From Candidatus Anderseniibacteriota bacterium (GTDB lineage: Bacteria; Patescibacteriota; Andersenbacteria; UBA10190), in assembly GCA_021414205.1 (NCBI GenBank), contig JAIOOW010000003.1:364365-428364 (forward strand): a stretch of 64,000 bases of DNA. Reading direction: 5' to 3'. Positions within the stretch are counted from its first letter, which is position 1; each line of letters opens with the position of its first letter. The position numbers and the translations under genes were made by a program. Positions 17,162-26,917 of this stretch are shown here, one piece after another. The notes under the pieces were generated by a model. It searched no databases, was not told the DNA's origin, and was given only the letters and a program-made list of their open reading frames with translations.

Positions 17162-19825
17162 TTACTTCCCATGGCACTTCTTAAACTTCTTTCCTGATCC
17201 ACACGGGCATGGGTCGTTGCGACCGACATCTTTGTATGGATTATGGAGCGTGCCTTCTGAATCGGTATTTTGTGCGGGTTGTGACGCTGCAGATGGCTGT
17301 GGCGATGTGGTTCCAGAAGATGCTAATTGATGCACGCTGGCTGCTTCCGCATGCTGCGCTATTCCTGCAGGTTCATCGATTGCCAAGCCTGCTGGCGCAT
17401 TATGGAAATGCGCATGGCCGGGGCCTTGTACTTCCGCGCGCAGAACTGTTTCAAGGAGTGCGCCTTTAATAGTGCCGAGCAATTCTTGGAATAATCGGTG
17501 GCCTTCTTTTTGATATTCTACTAAGGGATCGCGCTGGCCGTATCCGCGCAGGCCAATACCCGTGCGTACATAATCCATCGTATCTAAGTGGTCCATCCAT
17601 AATGAATCGATAGAACGTAGTGCTGCAGCTTGTTCTAATTGCTTCATCGTATCTTCGCCAAGCGCTTCGTGTTTTTCTTGAATCTTTCCTGCTAAAATAT
17701 TTCCTACTTCAATTGTTACGGCATCGCGCGCAGCTTCCGGTCCGCTCGCATTTTCTTTTGCAATAAGATCAGATAGATTGGTATGCGTTTCCGCAGTCGG
17801 CGTATTTGTAAGTGCATGGAGGGACTCTGCAATTTCTTTCACGTTCCAATCTTCTACTTGAGCGCTGGCTGTGTGTACTCCAATGAGCGAGCTTGCTTGC
17901 TCCCGTGCTAATTCCAAAATACGTTCATGGATGGAGATTGCATCTTGGTTTGGTTCTTTCCAAGTTGAAGATTCGAGTAGAGATCGGCGCAATGTATAGA
18001 TTGCAATACGCTGCTTATTGAGTACGTTGTCGTACGACAATACTTGCTTACGCATATCAAAGTAGTATCCCTCTACGCGTTCCTGCGCACCCTCTAAGGC
18101 TCGGCTTACTAGCCCATTTTCAATCGGTTCATCTTCGGGAACGTTGAGGCGTTCCATTAAGCTTTTGATTTTCGATCCGCCGAATACGCGCATCACGTCG
18201 TCTTCCATACTCACGTAGAATTGCGTTTCTCCCGGGTCGCCTTGTCGTCCGGATCGTCCGCGAAGCTGGTTATCGATACGGCGCGCTTCGTGCCGTTCTG
18301 TTCCAAGAACGGTGAGTCCGCCTAACTGCGCAACGCCATCTCCTAATTTAATATCTGTACCTCGCCCTGCCATGTTGGTGGAAATGGTGACGGCGCCCTT
18401 CTTGCCCGCTTGCGCAATAATTTCCGCTTCTCTTGCGTGGTGCTTCGCGTTGAGCACTTCATGGGGAACGCCTTTTTGTTTGAGCAATTCTGAAATATAC
18501 TCAGATTTTTCAATAGCAATCGTACCAACCAATACCGGCTGACCTTTTGCATGACGAGCGGCAATGTCTTCAACTAATTGGCGGAACTTCGCTTTCTCGT
18601 TCACGTATACACGATCCGTTTTATCGATACGGGTAAGTTTTTGATTCGTAGGCACGACTACAACATCGAGATTATATACTTGCTCGAACTCTTCTGCAGA
18701 AGTTACAGCTGTTCCTGTCATGCCACCGATGTGCTTATATAATCTGAAAAAGTTTTGGAATGTAATAGACGCAAGCGTGCGGCTTTCTTGCTGCACTTCT
18801 ACGCGCTCTTTTGCTTCAAGCGCCTGATGTAATCCATCGGAATATCTGCGCCCATCCATAAGTCGGCCGGTGAATTCATCAACGATGACAACTTTGCCAT
18901 CTTGAACGATATAGTCTTTATCTTTGTGATAGAGCGTTTGCGCGCGGAGTGCCTGCTCCAAATGATGGACGAATCGGATGCCTTTTTCCGCGTAGATATT
19001 TTCTATGCCGAGATTTTTTTCGACAAACGTAACCCCTTCGTCGGTAAGCGTTGCAGCTTTTCGTTTTTCATCTACGTTATAGTGGGTATCTTCTGAAAGA
19101 AGCGGAATGATTCTGGAGAATTGGTCGTACAGGTTAGTAGAATCTTGGTCAGGTGCGGAAATAATAAGCGGCGTTCGAGCTTCGTCGATCAGGATGCTGT
19201 CTACTTCGTCCACGAGTGCATAATACAATTCCCGCTGAGCTAATTGCTCTACGCTCTGCGCCATGTTGTCGCGCAAATAATCGAATCCGAATTCGTTGTT
19301 TGTTCCATAGGTAATATCGCACGCGTATGCTTCGCGTTTTTGCTGAGGAGATTGTCCGGCTTGGATGACGCCTAGGGTAAGTCCGAAGAATTCGTAGACC
19401 GGGCGCATCCATTCGGCGTCGCGAGATGCGAGGTATTCGTTGGCCGTGACTAAGTGAGCGCCCTTTCCTGCTAGCGCGTTTAATGTGAGCGGCAGTGTTG
19501 CCACTAATGTTTTACCTTCTCCCGTTTTCATTTCCGCAATACTGTCTTTGAGCAGCGCCAATCCTCCAATTAACTGCACGTCAAAATGGCGCATGTTTAA
19601 AATACGCTTGGACGCTTCGCGAACACCTGCAAAGATTTCGGGAATGTGCTTGTCGATTTCGGCTCGATCCTTTCCTTTAAATTTCGCAACGTATTCTTTT
19701 AAATCCGCATCTGAAAGCTTGGAAACAGTTGCTTCTAATGCATTAATTTGCGCAACCACGGGCCGATACGCTTCAGCGGCCTTTTCGTGGCGCGAGGCCC
19801 CTCGAAAAATATCAAACAATGCCAT
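17162..19825 (-). CDS. secA: Preprotein translocase ATPase SecA
   Basis: MKTGEGKT, DEVDSILIDEARTP, QLRGRSGRQGDPG; C-terminal SEC-C zinc motif. Confidence 0.98.
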   Translation of the reverse strand: MALFDIFRGASRHEKAAEAYRPVVAQINALEATVSKLSDADLKEYVAKFKGKDRAEIDKHIPEIFAGVREASKRILNMRHFDVQLIGGLALLKDSIAEMKTGEGKTLVATLPLTLNALAGKGAHLVTANEYLASRDAEWMRPVYEFFGLTLGVIQAGQSPQQKREAYACDITYGTNNEFGFDYLRDNMAQSVEQLAQRELYYALVDEVDSILIDEARTPLIISAPDQDSTNLYDQFSRIIPLLSEDTHYNVDEKRKAATLTDEGVTFVEKNLGIENIYAEKGIRFVHHLEQALRAQTLYHKDKDYIVQDGKVVIVDEFTGRLMDGRRYSDGLHQALEAKERVEVQQESRTLASITFQNFFRLYKHIGGMTGTAVTSAEEFEQVYNLDVVVVPTNQKLTRIDKTDRVYVNEKAKFRQLVEDIAARHAKGQPVLVGTIAIEKSEYISELLKQKGVPHEVLNAKHHAREAEIIAQAGKKGAVTISTNMAGRGTDIKLGDGVAQLGGLTVLGTERHEARRIDNQLRGRSGRQGDPGETQFYVSMEDDVMRVFGGSKIKSLMERLNVPEDEPIENGLVSRALEGAQERVEGYYFDMRKQVLSYDNVLNKQRIAIYTLRRSLLESSTWKEPNQDAISIHERILELAREQASSLIGVHTASAQVEDWNVKEIAESLHALTNTPTAETHTNLSDLIAKENASGPEAARDAVTIEVGNILAGKIQEKHEALGEDTMKQLEQAAALRSIDSLWMDHLDTMDYVRTGIGLRGYGQRDPLVEYQKEGHRLFQELLGTIKGALLETVLRAEVQGPGHAHFHNAPAGLAIDEPAGIAQHAEAASVHQLASSGTTSPQPSAASQPAQNTDSEGTLHNPYKDVGRNDPCPCGSGKKFKKCHGK

Positions 19826-19830
19826 AGATT

Positions 19831-20136
19831 TTAGTTGTGGTCTTTTCTGCGATCGTGAGCGTCAGAAAGTTCGCTTTTAAGTGCGGCGTATGCGGCATCG
19901 ATTGCATTTTGAACTGTATCTTCTGATCGTTCTGCTCGATATACCTTTTTGCCATGTTCGATCATGATAACGCATCGAATGACGCTTCCGTGTGTGTGGT
20001 GCGTGTCATGGGCAATGGTAACGTCTGTTACAAAAGGCGGTTCGATATGTTTTTCGAGGCGATTCAAGCAATCTTCCAGTTTTTCTCTATCTTGATTTGT
20101 AAGTTCAATATGTTCTGTTCGAAGTGAATATTTCAT
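19831..20136 (-). CDS. Ribosome hibernation factor (HPF/RaiA, short form)
   Basis: H.ELT...LEK pattern and AIDAA...L; usual position upstream of secA. Confidence 0.8.
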   Translation of the reverse strand: MKYSLRTEHIELTNQDREKLEDCLNRLEKHIEPPFVTDVTIAHDTHHTHGSVIRCVIMIEHGKKVYRAERSEDTVQNAIDAAYAALKSELSDAHDRRKDHN

Positions 20137-20139
20137 ATA

Positions 20140-21258
20140 TCAAGTATTCCTTACTTCAAGCAGATGTTCAACCTGTTTTGCAACACCTTCTCGGAATCTG
20201 TCAACTGAAAATTGGAGCGCCTGCTGCTGAAGACGGCTTACATTGAACGTCTTTTCTGTGCGAATAAACGTGCGCAGAGCCTCTGCCAGCGTCTCGGGAA
20301 GCTGTTCTGGATACAAGATGCCATGGACGCCGTTTCGAGCGATCTCGGTGATTCCGCCTGCACCATACGCAATAACAGGTGTTCCGCACGCCAGCGCTTC
20401 CGCGGCGGTCATGCCGAAGTCTTCGATACCTGGCTGAATAAGCGCTCGAGCATTTCTATATAATTCCCGCAATTCTTCTTTGGAAACTGCTCCTACGAAA
20501 TGCGTGTGCTTGCCCGCCAGTTTTTCTAATCGCTTTTTATCTCTTCCTGTGCCCGCTATAACTAATTTTAAGCCCAGTTTTTCCGCAACTAAAATAGCGT
20601 GGTCAAATTTTTTCTCTGGTGTGAGCCTGCCTACGCACAGGAAATAATCTTTGGATGTATGTTTAGATGCCGGGAAGAAAAAGTTTGTATCTACTGGCGG
20701 GTATACGACAACGCTGTCTTTTCTATAGTATGTTTTGATTTTATGTTTTGTGTATTGCGAATTTGCAATATATGCATCCGGTCGCTGGGCGAACGTAAAG
20801 TCGAGCATGCGCAAAAAATGAAACATGAATTTGAGTGCAAAGCTGGCATACCTATTTCGCTTCGTAATACCGTGCGATGCATCCCATAAGTACCTCGTTG
20901 GCGTGTGGCAATAGCACAAATGCGGAACATTCGATCTTGTAATAATTCCCTTTGCGAATCCGCTTGCAGAGCTAATAACGATGTCATAATCAGACAAATC
21001 GAATTGTTCTACTGCCTGCGGGAGGAATGGCAGTATTCTTCCGGGATGTTGCCTGAACCATAACGGCCATGTTTGGAGTGACGATGTATAAATATCGTGC
21101 GTCTTGCCGTCCACTGTCATTTTAGGAATATTCCCCGCATATAGGCTGTATATATCTGCTTGCGGATACATACGCACTAATTCTTCTAATACCATTTCCG
21201 CCCCGCCTCGGCGGACCAGTTCATCGTGGACAAGAGCAACTTTCAAATCTGTAGGCAT
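20140..21258 (-). CDS. Glycosyltransferase family 4
   Basis: VALVHD..GGAE, YCHTPTRYLW and EDFGMTAAEALACGTPV motifs. Confidence 0.93.
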   Translation of the reverse strand: MPTDLKVALVHDELVRRGGAEMVLEELVRMYPQADIYSLYAGNIPKMTVDGKTHDIYTSSLQTWPLWFRQHPGRILPFLPQAVEQFDLSDYDIVISSASGFAKGIITRSNVPHLCYCHTPTRYLWDASHGITKRNRYASFALKFMFHFLRMLDFTFAQRPDAYIANSQYTKHKIKTYYRKDSVVVYPPVDTNFFFPASKHTSKDYFLCVGRLTPEKKFDHAILVAEKLGLKLVIAGTGRDKKRLEKLAGKHTHFVGAVSKEELRELYRNARALIQPGIEDFGMTAAEALACGTPVIAYGAGGITEIARNGVHGILYPEQLPETLAEALRTFIRTEKTFNVSRLQQQALQFSVDRFREGVAKQVEHLLEVRNT

Positions 21259-21278
21259 CTATCAAGCCTATCGTATTC

Positions 21279-21294
21279 TGTTCGCGTGGGCAAT
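21279..21294. repeat. 16-bp direct repeat, copy 1 (promoter of the GT4 gene)
   Basis: TGTTCGCGTGGGCAAT, identical to 22221-22236. Confidence 0.9.
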
Positions 21295-21300
21295 ATATAA

Positions 21301-21324
21301 AAAGACCCCGCAGGCTGCGAGGTC
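21301..21324 (-). terminator. Intrinsic terminator after the 274-aa orphan
   Basis: GACCTCGCAG/CTGCGGGGTC stem followed by TTTTT on the minus strand. Confidence 0.7.
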
Positions 21325-21336
21325 AAACGTGATTCC

Positions 21337-22161
21337 TTATAGAGGGTTAGCAAGGTTGTGTGCTAGTGTAGCAAACCCAACCAATAGGGTGATTGCTTGA
21401 ATAGGATTTTCTACGTGATCGTCGACAAGGTCGATACCACCCGGCTCCATCTTCTGTTTCATTCGTAGTGATCCGCGCGCTGGTTCGTTGAATGTTACAA
21501 CAAACGGTTGACGAAATTCTACGCGCGACAACGGAAGCACAATCGGCCTACCGAAGAGTATTGCGTTGGTGTTATTCATTGCAATCTCTACGTCTCGTGC
21601 GATCCTTCCCCAGTTCGTCTCTTGATCCTTTAGTATCTGGCAGTATTGAGAAGAGAGACAGGCGTGTAATCCACACGGGAAGCGATGTTCATCCTTGTGA
21701 ACAAACGGAAGAACCTGACATTCTTGATACGCCTCTTCTTTTGAGGGGTGGTTGAGGTCAGCTGTATCGAGACATTCAAAGAGTGCCATGAGCGAGGCAA
21801 TACTACTGCGTGCCGTATGCCAGCCCAGCGGAGTGACAGCCCCCTCTTTATCCAAATCCAAGGTAGGAATTGGATACCCAATACGCACATCGCTAGATGG
21901 AGTTATTGTATGAGTGAGAAGGCTAAATCCAAATCCCCAGGCAGTTTTGGGTGCGTTTGACGGAGGGATGAAGTCTCCTATCTCAAGCGTACTAAGCCCG
22001 TTCTGCTGGTTTGCTTGGTGGGCAAAATACTCTTGCGAAGCAAGCCAGGTTGGAGTCGGAATGCTGATGAGGAGTTCTGTGCGATTGGGTGTGGAAATTG
22101 CGCTGAGGCTGTACAGTCGTGGCAGTACGCGTTCGGAAGAAAGGCGAAATGCTGCTGGCAT
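21337..22161 (-). CDS. Hypothetical protein (orphan, 274 aa)
   Basis: Longest ORF in the gap; GGAG SD; own promoter and terminator. Confidence 0.7.
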   Translation of the reverse strand: MPAAFRLSSERVLPRLYSLSAISTPNRTELLISIPTPTWLASQEYFAHQANQQNGLSTLEIGDFIPPSNAPKTAWGFGFSLLTHTITPSSDVRIGYPIPTLDLDKEGAVTPLGWHTARSSIASLMALFECLDTADLNHPSKEEAYQECQVLPFVHKDEHRFPCGLHACLSSQYCQILKDQETNWGRIARDVEIAMNNTNAILFGRPIVLPLSRVEFRQPFVVTFNEPARGSLRMKQKMEPGGIDLVDDHVENPIQAITLLVGFATLAHNLANPL

Positions 22162-22220
22162 GACAATGTCTCCATAGGTTGTGAGTGTTCAATCGTCCCT
22201 GAGTATCTTATATCGCAATT

Positions 22221-22236
22221 TGTTCGCGTGGGCAAT
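22221..22236. repeat. 16-bp direct repeat, copy 2 (promoter of the orphan)
   Basis: TGTTCGCGTGGGCAAT, identical to 21279-21294. Confidence 0.9.
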
Positions 22237-22239
22237 TGG

Positions 22240-24696
22240 CTACTTCGCCGGTTTTATTCTTTGGGAAAATACGAGCGTATTGGAGCCGTTTGAAATGCCT
22301 TTTACTGACTTCCAGTTCGCTTTCAGGTCGTTGGTGATTGGGTCGTATTCGTTGAGGTATGAGAATTGTGTTTGGTTATCTAGGAGGAAATATTTTGCCG
22401 TTGCGAAGCTTGCAACCATATCTGTTGCGCGTGGAAGAAATGTTTGAATACGCTCCGGATTCGTTCTAGTAAATTCGTACGCATACCAGCGAGGATGGGA
22501 AATATTTAATACCGTTTGATATCCGGCTAAGTATGGAATAAGAGATGCGCCTGTAAATATTGGCTCCCCCTTTGGAACGTTTTGCTTAATCCATGCAGCA
22601 GCTTCGTATGCAGCTTTTTGGTCGAATGTCCCGGTGTGTTCAAAAGAATATGTGATATAACTAGATACTGTTGCTGACCATGCAAAGATTATTGCAAAGG
22701 CGGTAAGTGTTGCGTATTTGAGTAGGCGAATTTTTACCTGCAAACTTCGTGCAATGAATGCCTCAAGCCCTACTCCTGCGATAAGTGTGAGTGGTGGAAT
22801 GAACTCTGAGATATAATTTGCATGAAACTTGATCCACTTTGCGTAGAAGAACATCATGCTGCCCACCCATATGAGGCCGATGAGTCCTCGCAGCCATGCT
22901 ACGTTTCTTCGTTCTGATTTCGATTCTTGGGCAGTGATGCTTGGCAAGAACAGTGCGCCAATTAACGTAATTCCAAATAACCACCACAGCGTCGGAACTC
23001 CGTATTTCATGAACTTTGCACCTTCGTATTGCGAGAAGAAATCCCATGCCCACCAGAAAATCCCTAGAGGAATAACCCAGGCAATTCTAGATAGGAGCAA
23101 CGCTTTTGTTTTCTTGAATAATGATGCAAAAGCATCTTGCAAGTAAAATCCAACGCCAAGCATCGAGAGTAAAATAATCGGCAGTGACTCTCGGAAGAAC
23201 GGCGTCATACCCTTTAGGTCGTATTCCCTGATTTGTTCTATTTGGTCTGGGTCGATGCTCGATATGCCGTCTTCTGCAGAGTTAATTCCAAGCGCTTCTG
23301 TAATACCAACTCCGCCATACACTGTGTATGCGTATAGCATGAATAGCGCGAGTACGCCGATAAATCCTATGCCGACATATAATGTATTTCTGAGTCGCGC
23401 ATTCCAATTTTTGGATAATGTGACAAGAAGTAAGATCACGGTAAGTCCTAGTGCTAACATGCTTTTGCGTGAAGCCACAGCAAGGCCGATAACGGCGCCC
23501 GCAATAATGAGCCACTTTGGCGATGCCATTTTTTCTTTGAGAGCATATGCAAGCAGCGCAATTCCCGACATGCCGAAGAATATGGCAACGCTTTGCGTGT
23601 GTACGTAAATTGTTGATACCACTGCTGTTCCCATGCAGGCCCACAGTGCTGCCGAAACAAGGGCAGCGCGAGTGGTCCAAATACTTCTGACTAATAAAAA
23701 TACCGGATAGACTAATGCTGAGCCGGCAATAATAGATGAAAGCCTGCCAGCAAATGCCGTGTGTCCGAGAATTGCTTCCCATACTGCAACCCATGCAATC
23801 ACGAGGGGTGCTTTTACATACCCATCGCCTCCTGCAAAGTGGCCGTGCAGAATTGACCATGCATCGTATAAGTAATTCCCTTCATCGTCTGTAAATGGCA
23901 ATTCTAATGCGTAAAATATTCGGATAACGGCGCCGATGATCGCAAGGCCAAGTAATACCATCCATGTTTTCGGCATTTTTTTAAATCTAAATAATACAAA
24001 GCAAAGTGCGAGCACGATGACGCTTGGCACGAACGCCCCGGTCCATAACGCGTATTCATGCCGATTGTCGTTCCAGGTATTTATAAATACCTGGATGGCA
24101 TTCGTTATGCTGTGATATATAAATGTTCCAGCTGGGACGGAATATAATGTTTGAAATGCTACGTCGATAGTTTGTTTTCCTGATCGCTGAATAATATTGT
24201 CCGTAGCAGGCGCATTGTTTGCTGTATGGATAACATATCCGGTGCCATGTAGGTATGTATCTTTATTATTCAAATCAATTGCAATTGCGTTGCCTTTAAC
24301 GCTTTCCGGAGAATCAACGAGGAAAAAGTATGTTTTGCCTTTTGAGTCTGCAATTGCCGGGAACAAGAAATTATAAAATTGATTATCGCCAAACTTTGTT
24401 GGAGACGCAGATACGGTGCGGATATCGTTGCCTGCAGAAACGGAATTGCGAAGGTGCAAGGTGACAGGGTGCGTATTATCTCGCCCGGAATATGTTGCAA
24501 TTATTACTCCGATTCCAGATAGATTATTCTTTTGTGCGACGATAGTCTGGCCAATTGCATTTGTACCAGTTAATTCTCCGGAATTAAGGGCATGGTCTTC
24601 TTGCCGTTCTCCAACCTCGGGAACGTGAATAAGTACGAGGGCAATTCCGATAATGCATGCAACTACAAAAGAGGTTGTTTTAAGCGATAATTTCAT
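22240..24696 (-). CDS. GT-C (ArnT/PMT-like) membrane glycosyltransferase with an N-terminal extracytoplasmic beta domain
   Basis: FTDDEGNYLYDA acidic motif after a TM, KAPL, many TMs; start moved to 24696. Confidence 0.8.
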   Translation of the reverse strand: MKLSLKTTSFVVACIIGIALVLIHVPEVGERQEDHALNSGELTGTNAIGQTIVAQKNNLSGIGVIIATYSGRDNTHPVTLHLRNSVSAGNDIRTVSASPTKFGDNQFYNFLFPAIADSKGKTYFFLVDSPESVKGNAIAIDLNNKDTYLHGTGYVIHTANNAPATDNIIQRSGKQTIDVAFQTLYSVPAGTFIYHSITNAIQVFINTWNDNRHEYALWTGAFVPSVIVLALCFVLFRFKKMPKTWMVLLGLAIIGAVIRIFYALELPFTDDEGNYLYDAWSILHGHFAGGDGYVKAPLVIAWVAVWEAILGHTAFAGRLSSIIAGSALVYPVFLLVRSIWTTRAALVSAALWACMGTAVVSTIYVHTQSVAIFFGMSGIALLAYALKEKMASPKWLIIAGAVIGLAVASRKSMLALGLTVILLLVTLSKNWNARLRNTLYVGIGFIGVLALFMLYAYTVYGGVGITEALGINSAEDGISSIDPDQIEQIREYDLKGMTPFFRESLPIILLSMLGVGFYLQDAFASLFKKTKALLLSRIAWVIPLGIFWWAWDFFSQYEGAKFMKYGVPTLWWLFGITLIGALFLPSITAQESKSERRNVAWLRGLIGLIWVGSMMFFYAKWIKFHANYISEFIPPLTLIAGVGLEAFIARSLQVKIRLLKYATLTAFAIIFAWSATVSSYITYSFEHTGTFDQKAAYEAAAWIKQNVPKGEPIFTGASLIPYLAGYQTVLNISHPRWYAYEFTRTNPERIQTFLPRATDMVASFATAKYFLLDNQTQFSYLNEYDPITNDLKANWKSVKGISNGSNTLVFSQRIKPAK

Positions 24697-24712
24697 AAAA
24701 TTAGTATACATG

Positions 24713-24742
24713 AAAAATTCCCCGTCTTTACGGGGAATTTTT
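24713..24742. terminator. Intrinsic terminator after rpsI
   Basis: AAAAATTCCCCG-TCTTTA-CGGGGAATTTTT. Confidence 0.85.
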
Positions 24743-25135
24743 TTATCGCTTTGAGAACTGAGGTGCTCGGCGAGCTCCTTTGAGTCCGGGCTTTTTTCGT
24801 TCCTTTGCTCGAGAGTCTCGAGAAAGTAATCCTGCTTGCTTTAATTGCTTTCGGAATCCTTCATCGATCGTAACAAGTGCGCGGGCGATTCCAAGAGAAA
24901 TGGCTTCTGCCTGGGCGTTCTTTCCGCTTCCGGCAACTTTCACTCGAAGTCCGTATTCAGAATCTTGGCTCGTAAGCTTGAGGGCTCGAAGCGCAGTGTT
25001 CTGCAGAGCTTCTGTAGAAAGATATTGTTCAAACGGAATATCGTTGATCGTTTTTACTTCCTTTTCTGCAACGAGCAATACTTTTGCAACTGCAGTTTTT
25101 CGTCGGCCTAGTCCGTGGTTAAGCTTTGTAGTCAT
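24743..25135 (-). CDS. rpsI: 30S ribosomal protein S9
   Basis: GRRKTAVA and ERKKPGLKGARRAPQFSKR motifs. Confidence 0.97.
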   Translation of the reverse strand: MTTKLNHGLGRRKTAVAKVLLVAEKEVKTINDIPFEQYLSTEALQNTALRALKLTSQDSEYGLRVKVAGSGKNAQAEAISLGIARALVTIDEGFRKQLKQAGLLSRDSRAKERKKPGLKGARRAPQFSKR

Positions 25136-25542
25136 ACTGTTGGAGTATTAGTTTGAGGCATGTGCGGATGCGTCTCAGTAGGATAAATATGTAATTGAGC
25201 TAAGCGATCATTTCGAAGATTGTTCTTTGGCAACATTCCAGAAACTGCTTCTCGAATAACGAACGAAGAATCTTTCCCCATTTGCTCTTCAAGAGTTCGT
25301 TCGCGAAGACCTCCTGGGTACCCAGTGTATCGTCGGTACATTTTTTGGTCTCGCTTCTTTCCTGTTACAACAAGAGAGTCTGAGTTGATAACGATAACAT
25401 GATCAGGCGCAACAGTGTGTTGAGCTGAGCCAGTTAAGTGCTTGCCAAGTAAAATAGTTGCAATTTGCGTTGCAAGACGACCAAGCGTTGTGCTTTTCGC
25501 GTCGAGTACGTGCCATTGTGCTTTTACAGGTTCTTTTTTCAT
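25132..25542 (-). CDS. rplM: 50S ribosomal protein L13
   Basis: WHVLDA..LGRLA, YTGYPGGL and GMLPKN motifs. Confidence 0.96.
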   Translation of the reverse strand: MKKEPVKAQWHVLDAKSTTLGRLATQIATILLGKHLTGSAQHTVAPDHVIVINSDSLVVTGKKRDQKMYRRYTGYPGGLRERTLEEQMGKDSSFVIREAVSGMLPKNNLRNDRLAQLHIYPTETHPHMPQTNTPTV

Positions 25543-25889
25543 AGGATTTCAATATGAGCCATGTGCGCAGCATCGGAACGCGTCACAGGAAGTTTAGTAA
25601 TTCGAAGGTACCCGCCTGGGCGCTTTTCGTTCTTTTTTGCAACATCTAGCATTCTCTGCAAATCTTCTTTGTGCTCCAGTTTGGAAATAAGAATACGTCG
25701 ATTTGCAAGCGTAAGTTCTTGCTTTGCACGAGTTACGATCGGTTCAAAGTGTCGGCGAAGTTCCTTTGCCTTAGCTTCAGTTGTTGTAATAGCTCCGTGT
25801 TCCAATAACGAGCTTGTCAAAAGACGCATCAAATGCAATCGCTCGTCAGCGGATCGACCCAGTATTCTATTGTTGACTTTCTTTCGCAT
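25539..25889 (-). CDS. rplQ: 50S ribosomal protein L17
   Basis: ITTTEAKAKELR and RPGGYLRITK motifs. Confidence 0.96.
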   Translation of the reverse strand: MRKKVNNRILGRSADERLHLMRLLTSSLLEHGAITTTEAKAKELRRHFEPIVTRAKQELTLANRRILISKLEHKEDLQRMLDVAKKNEKRPGGYLRITKLPVTRSDAAHMAHIEIL

Positions 25890-25895
25890 GGGATG

Positions 25896-26885
25896 TTATT
25901 TAGAATCAGCTTCTTCGTCTGATGGTGTATCTTGTTCTGCTTTTGACTTTTTTGCAAATTCATCACGAGCATCTGCAACGTCTTGAACTGCTTTCGCCCC
26001 CAATCCTGGGATATCGCTGATTTGTTCATCTGATAAGTCGAGTACTTGTTCAACAGTAGTAATCCCAACGCGTTCGAGTGCATTGTGTACGCGGGATGGA
26101 AGCTGGAGAAGGTTAAGTGTATTTTCTGGCATTAACGGTTCCTGAACCACCTCTTCTTCAACAACTGCTACTGGTCGATTCGCAGTAAGAAGTTCGGAAA
26201 AATCTCCTGCAAGCTGTGCGAAGTGGTCGCGGAGGATAGAAGATGCTTGCTGGAGCGCATCCTTTGGAGTAATGCTTCCGTTTGTTGCGATCTGCATAAT
26301 AAGGCTGTGGTAATCAGTTGCCTGTCCTACTCGAACGTTTTCAACGGAGAAGCTTACGCGCTCAACTGGAGTAAATGTTGCATCAAGCGCAATCGTTCCG
26401 ATTGTTCGAAGCTTTGGATCCTGAGTTTCGGAAGGAACATATCCTCGCCCTCGTTCTACGGTGCATGTCATTTCAAGAGATCCGTCCTTATCTGTGATTG
26501 TTGCGATCACGTGATCCGGGTTGATGATCTTCACTTCAGGTGGAACTGAGAAGTCTCCTGCAGTAACTACGCCAGCGCCCTTTTTCTCTAGCTTGATTTC
26601 AATTGGATCGTTGCTTGTTGAAGATACGCGAATACCTTTGATATTCAACATAATTGAAACGATATCTTCTTGAACGCCTGGAAGCGCTGAAAATTCATGA
26701 TCGATTTTCTCAATCTTCATCTGCGTAATAGCAGCCCCTGGCAATGAAGATAAGAGTACTCGTCGAAGAGCGTTTCCTACCGTCGGCCCGTATCCTGGGT
26801 GGTATGGCTTAATAGTGAATGTAGCAGTGTTAGCAGCATCTTCCTTGATGTCTACTTCTCCTGGCAAATATATTTCTTGCAACAT
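25896..26885 (-). CDS. rpoA: RNA polymerase alpha subunit
   Basis: GPTVGNALRRVLLSSLPG, GRGYVP and VENVRVGQ motifs; alpha-CTD present. Confidence 0.97.
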   Translation of the reverse strand: MLQEIYLPGEVDIKEDAANTATFTIKPYHPGYGPTVGNALRRVLLSSLPGAAITQMKIEKIDHEFSALPGVQEDIVSIMLNIKGIRVSSTSNDPIEIKLEKKGAGVVTAGDFSVPPEVKIINPDHVIATITDKDGSLEMTCTVERGRGYVPSETQDPKLRTIGTIALDATFTPVERVSFSVENVRVGQATDYHSLIMQIATNGSITPKDALQQASSILRDHFAQLAGDFSELLTANRPVAVVEEEVVQEPLMPENTLNLLQLPSRVHNALERVGITTVEQVLDLSDEQISDIPGLGAKAVQDVADARDEFAKKSKAEQDTPSDEEADSK

Positions 26886-26917
26886 AGTGATAAAGTTATT
26901 AATGAAATGATTTTAAA

